DNA of 64,000 nt, taken from positions 3,894 to 67,893 of the forward strand of contig JARIGO010000008.1 in the NCBI GenBank assembly GCA_029288805.1. The letters run 5' to 3'. The notes under the pieces were generated by a model. It saw only the letters and a list, made by a program, of their open reading frames with translations. It did no database searches and was not told the origin of the DNA. Origin of the DNA: Candidatus Nomurabacteria bacterium (GTDB lineage Bacteria; Patescibacteriota; Minisyncoccia; Phycocordibacterales; UBA9973). A program made the translations under genes and the position numbers. The stretch's first letter is position 1; every line of letters begins with the position of its first letter. Below, in pieces: positions 36,674-47,000 of the stretch.

Positions 36674-37908
36674 TACGCGTAGCTCCACAAGAATCCTGTA
36701 TTCTTATCAATGAAATACACAATGCGCTGACCTTCGTCGACTTGGATGTTCGTCATATCAAATGATGCGTCACTGCCATCATAGACTGTGGTGTAGGTAT
36801 TGTTTGAAGGGTCTATTTCATACAGCTGGTCAGAAAAATGCATAGTTCCCTGATACCAATCGTCAGGATATGTCCCGCTAGGCACGCTAGTGTTTCCTGC
36901 ACACATAAGGTCTTCATTTTGAAGCCAAGTGCATTTTTCAGGGAGAATATTTAAATTGATAGAGCTTGTAACATTGGTCTTTGTATTAAAAAGTTCCGTA
37001 TTAAAACCTGTTGCAGTACTTTGTGAATATAGTACGTAGGTGCCGCTTGGACTGACTGATGTAGTCATACCTGCTATGTCTCCCAAAACACGCTGCAGTC
37101 TCGCTGCTGACGTAATAGTGTATAAGAAGCCGTTTGCCACTGAAGCGGCTTTTGTTTGTAGGTATACGGCATTAGTAGTCCATTGTGGAAGCCATTCCAG
37201 GAATGGTGAATGAGTTAATGTTTTTACACTACCTCCTATACTGCTAGACGTACTAACAGAAGCGCCGGTCTTGTCATTTATAATGCGAACTATATGGCTT
37301 TGGTCAGGAGAAACAGCGAGAGCGGTTATATTGTCAGGAAGATATATGCCTGGTATCTGCGTACGAGTGCCGTCTGGGTTTAATGCAGGAACTGGAATGC
37401 TGTATGTAGCAATGGTCTTTTGATCATCACGCAAAAAACGCAAAATGGCAGTGCTATTGGCGTCTGCAAACATGGCTTCATAGACGTTTGGAATGAAGAC
37501 GTTGGTGATCTGTGTGGCAGAAGAGCCGTTTTTGATTTCATACACGTATCCATTGGTTCGAGAAACGTAGCGAATATAATGGTCAGTCGTGGTCTTCACA
37601 TCTACAGTCGGCTTCCCGGACACTGTGGACGGAACAGAAACTTGGTTAACGAGCGAAAAGAGCGTATAGCCCGCTATAGGATGGGCGGTGATTTCCCTTA
37701 ATGCAGAAGTCGTTGAATTGTTTGTTACCGTACCAGTAGAATTATCGATGTTCAGTATGTTTGAACTGCTTGTCGTAGCCTTGGGAAAGAAAGAGGTCAC
37801 TACCTTTGGAATAGGCGCATTGGTCTGCTCTCGTGGACGAACATAGAAATACCATACTCCTGCCCACACAAGAACGATGACGAGTAAGATAATGAAGATG
37901 CGACGCAT
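36670..37908 (-). CDS. hypothetical N-terminally membrane-anchored protein, possibly beta-propeller-like ectodomain
   Basis: N-terminal TM helix IFIILLVIVLVWAGVWYFYV. Ser/Thr-rich. No catalytic motif recognised. Confidence 0.45.
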   Translation of the reverse strand: MRRIFIILLVIVLVWAGVWYFYVRPREQTNAPIPKVVTSFFPKATTSSSNILNIDNSTGTVTNNSTTSALREITAHPIAGYTLFSLVNQVSVPSTVSGKPTVDVKTTTDHYIRYVSRTNGYVYEIKNGSSATQITNVFIPNVYEAMFADANSTAILRFLRDDQKTIATYSIPVPALNPDGTRTQIPGIYLPDNITALAVSPDQSHIVRIINDKTGASVSTSSSIGGSVKTLTHSPFLEWLPQWTTNAVYLQTKAASVANGFLYTITSAARLQRVLGDIAGMTTSVSPSGTYVLYSQSTATGFNTELFNTKTNVTSSINLNILPEKCTWLQNEDLMCAGNTSVPSGTYPDDWYQGTMHFSDQLYEIDPSNNTYTTVYDGSDASFDMTNIQVDEGQRIVYFIDKNTGFLWSYAY

Positions 37909-37933
37909 AAGGTTATTGTACTATGTATAGTTT

Positions 37934-39631
37934 TTATCTACCATCAATTGACCAGTGCCACGCTTCCTTTGCAAAGTTTTTAAAACCATATGTTGCCGCA
38001 TTATTTTGTAACCATATAAAACAGGGACTACTGTGTGAGCTGATAGCATCCTTGTCTTCATTGCAAACAAAATCAAACGCCAATCCACTTTCGTGATTTG
38101 AATGACCAACCGGTGCTGTTGGAGGGTTACAACTTGCATTTGGGGTATATAAATCACCATTACAATGTTTCTTTCTAAGAGCTGTTTGTTCAGCTGCCGT
38201 TCTGAATCCTCCACCGGTTAATTTTATACCAGCTCCATACGCTGCTTTCAGCATATTTTGTAAATTGGTAGCGACCGGTATTCCTTTATAGTTTGAACAT
38301 GCTACAAAACTTGATTTTTGTACCGTTACTCTGGTTATTCCTGCTGTACAAGCACCTGCCGCACCACTTGTCGGAGCGCCTGTGTTTTGTATTAAAGGTG
38401 TGGTATCAGTATCAGGTGCTGTTACCCCAATCGCCAGCTGTTGCACATTCACGGTTTCATTTACGAGCTTTGGATTTATAGTATTTAAAATAATGTAAGA
38501 AGTCAGGACTAACAATAAGCCCATCAATGAAGTAAAAAATTGACCCTTTGCGTTCGCCTTCTTGAATGGAAGGTCTGTGGTCATGTACTCGAAGCCTACA
38601 TACATTAGTCGAAGCACTAGAATTACACCGGTTATACCTATAAGAATTTGAATAGCTAAGTTTAGATAGTCATTAAAGCTACATTTTGGAGGTGTTTTTC
38701 CAGCTGCCTGCGCCTGTTGTTGCTCTTGAGCACAGACGTCAGGGTCTGGGAAGATAGTGCTTTTGCTTGGATCTGAAAGGAATGTATATACGTTTGGGTT
38801 TAAATTTTGCCCCGCACCAGAGCCGGAATTAGCAGAAGATGGGACAAAAGCTGTTGCTCCTGTTGAACCGTCAAAGCTTTGAATTTTTCCTTTAATGGAA
38901 TTATTAGCATTCAGCACCAATGTCTGTTGCATGTAATATGTCGTATTTGGCTGTATACCTGGTAAAACCCACCAATAAGTACCAGCAGGATCATCTTGAG
39001 AAACGTCTTCACCATTTGGGCCTTTTCCGTCACTAATACCGTTAGGGCTTCCAACAGTGGCGTATGCAAGGCTTGGTATACCCGACTGTATAGGATTTGA
39101 AAGGTCAGGAGACTTAGAATATGTTAAATATGCATGATAATCTTGATAGTTCTTCTGCTTAATCGGGTCTATAAAACCTTTAATATTTGCGTACGAGTCT
39201 TCTATGTCTACGCTGAGGTCATTGTAATAAACAGTAAAAGGAGTAGTTTTTACTGTTTGCGAAGGAGTTACGTATGAAGCAGATGATATTAGGTTCTGAG
39301 GAATTTCCGCGACTCGAATATAATAAGTCGTATTAGGGTTATATCCGCTCAACGACCAATGCAACGTGGCTGGCTTTCCAGAACTTGCGGCACTTGATTG
39401 TTGAATGGTAGGGTCTGTCGTTCCAGGGATTGATGTTGTTGACCCTGTATACGTACCACTAGTGAACTGAGTAGGTTGTACCACCAATTGGTATTTGTCA
39501 GCGTTAGTAACTCCACTCAAGGAAGCCGTAATAGTGGTTATTCCTGTTGAGGCGGTAAGTGTTAGGGCGGCAAATGTACGACTTACAAGCAGCAAGCTAA
39601 ATAGGATACTGAAAAACAGTATTTTTTTCAT
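37934..39631 (-). CDS. secreted multidomain protein: FN3-like N-terminal modules, two central hydrophobic helices, C-terminal M15 (VanY/D-Ala-D-Ala carboxypeptidase-like) zinc peptidase domain
   Basis: Signal peptide. C-terminal HSNHESGLAFDF (SxHxxGxAxD) and EAWHW motifs. Hydrophobic LAIQILIGITGVILVLRLMYVGF and LMGLLLVLTSYIIL. Confidence 0.6.
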   Translation of the reverse strand: MKKILFFSILFSLLLVSRTFAALTLTASTGITTITASLSGVTNADKYQLVVQPTQFTSGTYTGSTTSIPGTTDPTIQQSSAASSGKPATLHWSLSGYNPNTTYYIRVAEIPQNLISSASYVTPSQTVKTTPFTVYYNDLSVDIEDSYANIKGFIDPIKQKNYQDYHAYLTYSKSPDLSNPIQSGIPSLAYATVGSPNGISDGKGPNGEDVSQDDPAGTYWWVLPGIQPNTTYYMQQTLVLNANNSIKGKIQSFDGSTGATAFVPSSANSGSGAGQNLNPNVYTFLSDPSKSTIFPDPDVCAQEQQQAQAAGKTPPKCSFNDYLNLAIQILIGITGVILVLRLMYVGFEYMTTDLPFKKANAKGQFFTSLMGLLLVLTSYIILNTINPKLVNETVNVQQLAIGVTAPDTDTTPLIQNTGAPTSGAAGACTAGITRVTVQKSSFVACSNYKGIPVATNLQNMLKAAYGAGIKLTGGGFRTAAEQTALRKKHCNGDLYTPNASCNPPTAPVGHSNHESGLAFDFVCNEDKDAISSHSSPCFIWLQNNAATYGFKNFAKEAWHWSIDGR

Positions 39632-39650
39632 GAATATAGTTTATCACGAA

Positions 39651-40610
39651 TTAGTTAAAGTTCACTGAGAATTTGCGGGAAAGATTTTGCAAGCTATACA
39701 CAAGAGTGTTTATGGCCACGGTAAATTGTGACTGGCCTCCCCCATCGGGGCGTGACAAAAGTAATTCATTAATTATGTTTCCTGAAGGTATGTTGTTTCC
39801 GTCGTTATCGGTATATGAAAATCCTAAGTCATGCGCTGCACTAATAGGCGTTGAAAAGAAATACGGCTCAAAATGAATGATTGCCCCGGTGTCTGTAGTT
39901 GAAAGTGTATCTGCGGATCCGTTGGCATAATCTATATAGCCATTATGGTTAAAATATCCAATAACAGTAGGGTTTCCCGTGTTTATGTTAATGTCGTTTG
40001 TTCCTGAAAAAGCGCCGTTTTGTTCCGTAACCTCAATGTCATTAGTAGGATTGAGGTCGTCATCTTGAAATAGGAGGCTTGATTTGTCGTATCCGGACTG
40101 TGACTGCACTACGCTGCCATTTTGTGACCATGTATAGCTAAGGTGTGTCGGAGCGCTAATAGTAGGAACAGCGGTAACACGAATCATGCTGCCTGAAGAA
40201 GGCAATGCTCTGCCTTTATAAAATGGAGGTGTATAGCTTTTCACCCCTTCCCACAACAGGTCCACGCTTGCAGGGCGCAATACCAGCGTTGCGCTGGTGG
40301 CGTCAAAGTCTCCGCCTGAAGCTCTTAGTACGATAGTGCCCGTTACTCCGCTAGCAGGTGCTGTAACAGTAATCTGCGTCACGCCTGTTCCCGATTGAAC
40401 AGTTTTGCCGTTATATGTCCAGGTTAGGTTCGCCTGATTGATATCAGTAGCGAAACTTTGAGCGCTGATAGTGACTTGTTGCAACGGTAAAGGATTAGAT
40501 GGTGATGCAGTAAGCGAAAGATCGATGGTGGCTGATTGTGCATGAACGACAAAAAACACTCCGAGTAGTGCGAGAAGTATTGCGCTGGTTATAAAAGCTA
40601 ATCGTTTCAT
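39651..40610 (-). CDS. secreted hypothetical protein (T4SS-locus associated)
   Basis: Signal peptide MKRLAFITSAILLALLGVFFVVHAQSA. No motif. Abuts the virB4-like gene. Confidence 0.5.
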   Translation of the reverse strand: MKRLAFITSAILLALLGVFFVVHAQSATIDLSLTASPSNPLPLQQVTISAQSFATDINQANLTWTYNGKTVQSGTGVTQITVTAPASGVTGTIVLRASGGDFDATSATLVLRPASVDLLWEGVKSYTPPFYKGRALPSSGSMIRVTAVPTISAPTHLSYTWSQNGSVVQSQSGYDKSSLLFQDDDLNPTNDIEVTEQNGAFSGTNDININTGNPTVIGYFNHNGYIDYANGSADTLSTTDTGAIIHFEPYFFSTPISAAHDLGFSYTDNDGNNIPSGNIINELLLSRPDGGGQSQFTVAINTLVYSLQNLSRKFSVNFN

Positions 40611-40611
40611 A

Positions 40612-42417
40612 TTATGCGCGTTGTTGTTGACTAAATTCCTGCTTCGCCTTTTGAATAGAGATAACCTGAGATGGGTCGGAGGTAATAATCTGGTCTTCAG
40701 TATATGAAGCGATAATTTTGATGGCCACGTGTTTCAAGCCAGCAAAGAAGATGCCTTCCCCTACTCCGGATTCAAGCAAAAGATATTTTTCCTCATCAGT
40801 GAGGTTGAATGTTTTTTGCAATACGTCCATTGTTGATGGAGACTGCTTCAACAGCAACTGAATGGAAGAGTTTGTAATAATAGGCACTCCGTATGGGCTC
40901 TTCATGAAGTCACCAACGTCTTGAGTGATGGTACAGAGACCGAGGTAATACTTACGTCCTCGCTTGGCAATGGAATACAGGAACGACGCCGTATCTTCTG
41001 ACTTCATCATCCACCATGCCTCGTCCACTACCAAAAGACGTTTTTTAAGCTCTTTACGCACAGCATTCCAAATAAAGTGTGTAACGATATACATCGCTGC
41101 CGGTTTCAAGTCGTCTTCCATGTCTCGTACAGAGAACACCACGAATTTCTTATTAATATCAACGTTGGTTGGCTGGTTGATGAAGCTTGCCCATGATCCA
41201 TGCGTGTATTTCGTAAGACGTTGCAAGATAGAATCAGTTCCCTCCATACCGGAAAGTACCATTTCAAAGTCTGAAAGCAATGGTGGTTCAATGGTGCTGA
41301 AATCAGAGTCGGCCGTAATGTCTTTCAATGAATATGTTTCTGTAATAGCGCGGTCAATCAGTGAGTCTTCTTCTGGCGACAAACCTCCAAGCATGATGCG
41401 AAACAGTCCCACCAAGTTGATGATGTTACTTCGAAGCACGTCTGCAGATGACTCGTCTTCTCGTGGAATAGGAAGATCAAATGGGTTGATGTGGTGGTCT
41501 GAAGAAAGTGAAATATTAAAATATCGTCCCCCTACCGCTTCGGCCAGGTATTCGTATTCTCGCTCTGGGTCAATAACCAATACGTCGGTATCAAACATCA
41601 GTGTACGAATGATTTCCAGTTTCGTAGCATAACTTTTTCCGGCACCAGACTTTGCGAAGATAATAGAGTTGTAGTTTTCAAGACTGAAGCGATCAAAGAT
41701 AACTAAACTTGAGTTGTGGCGATTAACGCCGTATAGGATGCCCGTTTCACTAGTAAGATCAAATGACACGAATGGAAACATGCTAGAAATTGGCTCAGAG
41801 TTTAACTTCTGGGTGACTTGTAGTTTGTCTGTACCAAGCGGAGCAACTGTCTTAAATCCATCCTCTTCCTGGAAAAGACTTGGCTTGATATAGATCAGTT
41901 TTGACTCAAGCATGGACTTGATCTCACTTTCCGCGCGAAAGAGGTCGGTATCGTTGTCGGCGTAGATAGTGATATACATGCCCACATCAAACATTTTTTC
42001 CTGAGCCTGGGTAAGGTTGTCTCGAAGTTCCTCTAGGTCTTCACGAGCAGTATCAAGCATCGGGTCACGTACCAAACCTTTTTGTTGGCGCACAATGATC
42101 TGGCTTTCCACTTCGGCAATTTTCTTTTGGAAATGTTTCAGCAGTTCCGCTGTTTCAATCGGGTTGATGTAAATGGCAATGTCAAAAATCTTATCAAGAT
42201 TGATGATTGGAGTGAGCCAGTTGTCGGTAAGGTAGCGAGGATATGAAATGACAAAAAACGTTCGGACTATTTTGTCGCCGATACGCATTGATTTTGGGGT
42301 GATCTCGATGGCGGAAGGGGCAATCTTGTCTGAGAGATCCATGCTCTCCCATTCTTCTACTTGTGAAGATGAAATCGGTAAGAGACTTTCTTTGTCTGCC
42401 ATGCCTATAGTATACAC
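40612..42417 (-). CDS. VirB4/TrbE/CagE-family type IV secretion ATPase, C-terminal ~600-aa portion (domain CagE_TrbE_VirB + ATPase)
   Basis: IVRTFFVISYPRYLTDNWLTPIIN, Walker A FAKSGAGKSYATK, Walker B LLVVDEAWWMM. The first in-frame start after the TAA is GTG at 42415-42417, and the first in-frame ATG is at 42400-42402. Confidence 0.75.
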   Translation of the reverse strand: MYTIGMADKESLLPISSSQVEEWESMDLSDKIAPSAIEITPKSMRIGDKIVRTFFVISYPRYLTDNWLTPIINLDKIFDIAIYINPIETAELLKHFQKKIAEVESQIIVRQQKGLVRDPMLDTAREDLEELRDNLTQAQEKMFDVGMYITIYADNDTDLFRAESEIKSMLESKLIYIKPSLFQEEDGFKTVAPLGTDKLQVTQKLNSEPISSMFPFVSFDLTSETGILYGVNRHNSSLVIFDRFSLENYNSIIFAKSGAGKSYATKLEIIRTLMFDTDVLVIDPEREYEYLAEAVGGRYFNISLSSDHHINPFDLPIPREDESSADVLRSNIINLVGLFRIMLGGLSPEEDSLIDRAITETYSLKDITADSDFSTIEPPLLSDFEMVLSGMEGTDSILQRLTKYTHGSWASFINQPTNVDINKKFVVFSVRDMEDDLKPAAMYIVTHFIWNAVRKELKKRLLVVDEAWWMMKSEDTASFLYSIAKRGRKYYLGLCTITQDVGDFMKSPYGVPIITNSSIQLLLKQSPSTMDVLQKTFNLTDEEKYLLLESGVGEGIFFAGLKHVAIKIIASYTEDQIITSDPSQVISIQKAKQEFSQQQRA

Positions 42418-42429
42418 TAGTGTTGCTAT

Positions 42430-43062
42430 TTATTGACTTGATTGCGTACTTGTTTCTCCCGGGTTGAACGTTTTATACAACACCTCGATGACTTCTTGCG
42501 TGCCAAGTTGTACCAATCGCAAGCCTACGCCTGACAGGCCCTGCTCTACCACACTGACGCGCTGCTCAAGCTGCGTGCGCTCCTCTTCGAAGTTGCTAAC
42601 TGTTTCGTTTCCTACCGGAGTCTTTTTAAGGAATGAGAAAAATTTCCCAACGCCGCTGTTTTGGGCAAGTACTGGCGGAATGTATGGGATAACTACAAAG
42701 AATGACTTGCGCATAATGTTCACCTGTTCGGTAAATGTCTGAATAAACTGGATGTATTCACGGGTCTGTACCTGCAATAGCTGCTCGGTTTGTTCCTTGA
42801 GACGGTTTTCTAGCGTTAAAATATAAGGGCGAATGTCGTATCGACGAGATTGAATAACGATTTCAATGGGAAAATCAATGGTATTAAGAAAGTTTTGAAA
42901 TTGAGCCAGGGTTGCACGCTGCTCATCATATGACTTCAAGCTGAGGTTGATGGAAGACACCAATACAACGGTACACAAAGTGCCGTCTTTTAGTACAACG
43001 ATGCCATCGCGCACTTCTTGTACTGGAACGAATTGTTGGGCTGGGGTGCCAATTGTAGCCAT
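42430..43062 (-). CDS. VirB4-like N-terminal ~210-aa fragment (same frame as downstream ATPase, separated by one TAA)
   Basis: VQEVRDGIVVLKDGTLCTVVLVSSINLSLKSYDEQRATLAQFQNFLNTIDFPIEIV parallels the VirB4/TrbE N-terminus (compare the Agrobacterium VirB4 HIVLLEDGS...AFELEE...FN.LL region). Both ORFs' lower coordinates are congruent mod 3. Confidence 0.6.
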   Translation of the reverse strand: MATIGTPAQQFVPVQEVRDGIVVLKDGTLCTVVLVSSINLSLKSYDEQRATLAQFQNFLNTIDFPIEIVIQSRRYDIRPYILTLENRLKEQTEQLLQVQTREYIQFIQTFTEQVNIMRKSFFVVIPYIPPVLAQNSGVGKFFSFLKKTPVGNETVSNFEEERTQLEQRVSVVEQGLSGVGLRLVQLGTQEVIEVLYKTFNPGETSTQSSQ

Positions 43063-43063
43063 G

Positions 43064-43507
43064 TTATTTTTTGGAGCCGATGACGTCCAAACTCCACGAA
43101 AGAGTGTTAAGATTGCTTCCGTTCATTGTAGCACGGTTATTTGTTGCAGCGGGTGATGTCTTTGTGTCGCTGGTAAGAATAGGACTGACAATTCTTTTTT
43201 CAACAGGCTGTTTTTTTGAAACGACAGGTGCCTGCTTGTGCCACAGATACAGTCGAGAGCGAGAGTAGTATCGAATGAATGATTCAACGACGTTAACAAA
43301 CGGCTTGTCATTGTACTTCATGAATGCCAATGCCAATGCGAAACCAACGATTGCTGGTCCTACAAATATGGAGATATACACAGGGAGCATTTTGAATGCC
43401 AAATATCCAAAGCCCGCTCCCCCAGCCAAGTATGCAAACTGCTTAAAAGTAAGCGGTCCAAATACCTTGTCTTCAATATCGATAAATTGTGGCACTTTGA
43501 ATTGCAT
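43064..43507 (-). CDS. VirB3/PrgI-like small membrane protein
   Basis: Two TM helices (FAYLAGGAGFGYLAFKMLPVYISIFVGPAIVGFALALAF) immediately upstream of the VirB4 gene, the canonical VirB3 position. Confidence 0.55.
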   Translation of the reverse strand: MQFKVPQFIDIEDKVFGPLTFKQFAYLAGGAGFGYLAFKMLPVYISIFVGPAIVGFALALAFMKYNDKPFVNVVESFIRYYSRSRLYLWHKQAPVVSKKQPVEKRIVSPILTSDTKTSPAATNNRATMNGSNLNTLSWSLDVIGSKK

Positions 43508-43512
43508 AACTA

Positions 43513-44013
43513 CTACACATTGTCTATCTGTTCGTGATATGGGTCAATAGCAGGCTTACTCACCGGAGCTTCATTTGCAGAAGGAAGACTATAGTCTCGT
43601 TTCACAGGAGCTGCTATGGATGCCTGCTTGAGGCGGTCGGCAAGAGAGCTTAGTGGCGTTGGTGTAGTCGCAACAGGGTTTTCTGTAGACTCCTTGTCAA
43701 TTTCCTCACTTGCTTCAATAATAGCTAGGATTTCATCGATAACCTTTTCCTTTATTAGCTTGCGAATAATCTCTTTTTTTGAATCCTCAATCGTTAATCC
43801 TCGAATAGTATAGTCTAGCTGCTGTTCTAAGATGCCTCCAAACAAGAAGAATAATATGGCATTTGAAAACTGTAGTCTTTCGTCTTCTTTATCAATAATT
43901 TTCAGTATCTCATTTTTTATACCATCGAATGTGTCGCTAAAAATAAAATCCTTAACTTCTTGAGGAACATCAGCAGCATCTTCTTCTATTGTGTTGAGTA
44001 TTTCTTCATTCAT
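43513..44013 (-). CDS. acidic hypothetical protein in T4SS-like cluster
   Basis: No TM and no recognised motif. Coupled to the neighbouring genes. Confidence 0.45.
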   Translation of the reverse strand: MNEEILNTIEEDAADVPQEVKDFIFSDTFDGIKNEILKIIDKEDERLQFSNAILFFLFGGILEQQLDYTIRGLTIEDSKKEIIRKLIKEKVIDEILAIIEASEEIDKESTENPVATTPTPLSSLADRLKQASIAAPVKRDYSLPSANEAPVSKPAIDPYHEQIDNV

Positions 44014-44018
44014 AATAC

Positions 44019-47000
44019 TTATTTTGATTCTTCGCCCTTAGCTTTTTTCTTTTGATCTTCTCTATACTTTGAAATATCCCCCCAGATTTTTTGATGCTTT
44101 TCAGCCTCTTCAATTTCTCGGAATGTAGCCCAATATTTTTTGGTGGCGACAAGGTCGCCTGATGCCATACCTGTTCTTTGACGTTTTAGTTCTTTTTTGA
44201 GTTCACCCATATTATAACGGCTTTGCTCAACCACTTGTACTTGATGTTCTATTTTCTCTCGGCTTGCCTTATCTGCCTGCAATGCTATTCGTTCTGCATC
44301 TACAGCTGCTTGCTCATCCGGCTCCAATAGGTCATAAAGTTTCTTGCCTTTGTATGCACCTGTTTGGACTTTACCTGTATTAAAGAGCTCCTCCCTTTCT
44401 AGAGGGGTGAGGACGTTAAGCCCGTTACTATTAGCAAATTTCTGCGTAGCAATAAGGTTGGTAAAACCATTTTTGAGAGTTTCTTCTATCTTCTCAAGTT
44501 CTTTTTGTGCCTTGCTTCGCTCTTCTATTTTTTTAGATGCTCTTTTACTTCCTTCTGCTCTGACTTCGCTACCAATTGCAGCACCCACCGTAGCTCTCAA
44601 TAGGCCCGCTACTGCGGCACCTTCTTGCCCTTGCTGACCAAGCCAGTTTAATCCTTGTGTGATAGGGCCGCCGGTCTTAAGGTTGTCGGCATATTTCTTT
44701 CTGCGGCTACTCGTTAACTCTTCTGCTGTAGCAACGGTCTTAGGAGCCTCAATATTATTGATGGTAGTTTGGGTGTTGGTATTTGTTAATGCTTGGGTTC
44801 TGTACTCATTATAAATTGTAGGATCAGGGTTTTCCTTGTTGTCTCGCGCAGTCTTTGCCGCATCAATTTGTGCCTGAGTGCGGCCATCTGCAAGCATTTG
44901 AGCTTCAAGTACCTTCTCAATTTTCTTATCGTACTTTTTCTTAACTTTTTCATTGTATGCCTTAATGTTTTCTCCATTTTTCTCTTCAAGAAGTTTTTCG
45001 TCTGCTACCTGGCGCTCTTCTCGGCGTTTTATATCTGCCTCTCTTCCCCCCTTACGCTGATCTACTCCGAGTCCCAACCCAATCCCCGCAAGAGCATTAA
45101 GAGACTTTTGATTAGTGTTTATTCCCAACTGTTTAAATAGGGCACTTCCTGCTGTTGTCTGCCTAACATCGAATGATCCTGATCGAGTAGCGTTTATCCC
45201 CTTTTGTAATGTTCTGCCGATACCACCAAAATATTTATTTGCTGCTAAGTTTCTTATACCTACGCCAACATTAGACTCATCGACTCGTTTTGCCAAGCCC
45301 CCGACCACTCGACCCCCGACCAATGCTGCACCGCCAGTTGCTGCCCCAACGGCAAAACCGGTTATAGTATTTCCAAACGATTGAATGGATTTTCCAATAT
45401 CACCCGAAAGTCTTTCAGCGGTTTTTCTTGCTGCGTCAATGAGGAAATAAATGATAGCCATAGGAATAGCTATAGCCATAATTGTTCCAAAGATACTTCC
45501 GTTTGAAGTATTTGCTACACCAATGTCTTGAACAAAACTACTCGTAAGAACTACGTAGATTATATAAAGGAAAAATATAAAAACCGGAGCGAGCATGGCA
45601 TAGTTGGCAAGTTCGCTTGACCAGTCTGTCCATCGCAATCGCTCAACCTTGCTAAGCATTGGTATGTTTTGACTAAGGAAGGCAAATGGGGAAAATATCA
45701 TACATATGTAAAGACCGACTACTCTTCCCACAAAGAGAAATGCAACCTTAAAGAACATTATAGCTATTGCTAGCATGATAAAGGTGGCAACTATGCATAT
45801 GATTCCAAAATAAATAGCTTCGTCATTTGCGGAAAGAGGTTTCTGTGTAGGGGCTGATGTTGGGGAGCTGGTGAGAGCGCCTGTTAGGGTGCCATAGTTC
45901 GGTGTTTGAAGAACGTTGGTGGTAAATATTTTTTGCGGATTAAAGGATGAAATTATCTTTTCTGAAAGAGGCCAGTATCCTCCAAGACTCCGCTTAACTT
46001 GAGCAGGAGGGCAAGTATTCGTTGTGGGGTCGATACTTGCCTGATCGCAGACAACCATCTGGCTATAGAACACTCGGGCTGTAACATTCGAGATATCAAT
46101 GACAATGCGTGTTGCGAAGAGACTAAAATTGATAAGTAATGCGTTAATAATAATATTCGGCACCACCTGCTTCATTGAGGATTTGCTGGTGTTGAATACA
46201 GCTGAAAATCCGGTATATACCAAAATAATAATGAAGAATATATTTGAAATATCTCGAACCAGCTTCCATCCTGTTACTGCGAATGCGTAACGATATGAAG
46301 CATCACTCACCGAGTATCCGATAAAAAAGTCAAAAAGCTGCCCAAGCAATCCTGCTATCCACGCAGCAAGGTTGTAAATACCATATGCTGCTTGTGCTAA
46401 GCAACCGTTAAAAGTCCCACTAATAGGATGGCTTATAGCACACTCCGGTAACCCGTCGTCATCCGTAGACGAAGAGGTTTGAGTTTGGGCAAGTGTCTGC
46501 TGGGATGTTGCGGCTTGCTGTTGGAGTGTAGTAGCATCAGTCGGTATAGTAATGGGAAGAGGTGATCCAATTTGGAAAAAACTCGCTCCCCCGCATACGC
46601 TGCCAAAGGTTGCTGGATTTGTCGTTGCAATCTTATTGCTTTGGTACGTAGATACAGCATCTGAACCGTCACCTGTAGCGCAATACCACAAACTGGCGGT
46701 TAAAGAGTCTCCTTGTTTAAAAGAGATGTTACTAACACTGCTGGCTGTATTCGCGCTAGGATTATATGTATATACATTTGAACCATCTGCCGCAAAGGCG
46801 CTAACAGGAACTGTTAGGTTGTCGACATAGTTACCCTCAGTACTTTTGGCGTAGATAAAAAGTTTATCATTTCCTGGATTTGGATCTTTAAGGTCAAAAA
46901 GAACAGTGTTAAGCCAGCAGTTATTTGTATTACTATTTTCACATACCTGAATAACAAAATTTTGAGTGCTATTCTTCTCTACCTTGTCCCAGTGCGCCTC

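Noticed and set aside
40612-43062. Stop-codon reassignment (TAA sense) as explanation for the VirB4 in-frame stop
   Set aside because: TAA, TAG and TGA all terminate well-conserved genes in this window (e.g. ruvA/TAA, mutM/TAG, rsmA/TGA). The code is standard.
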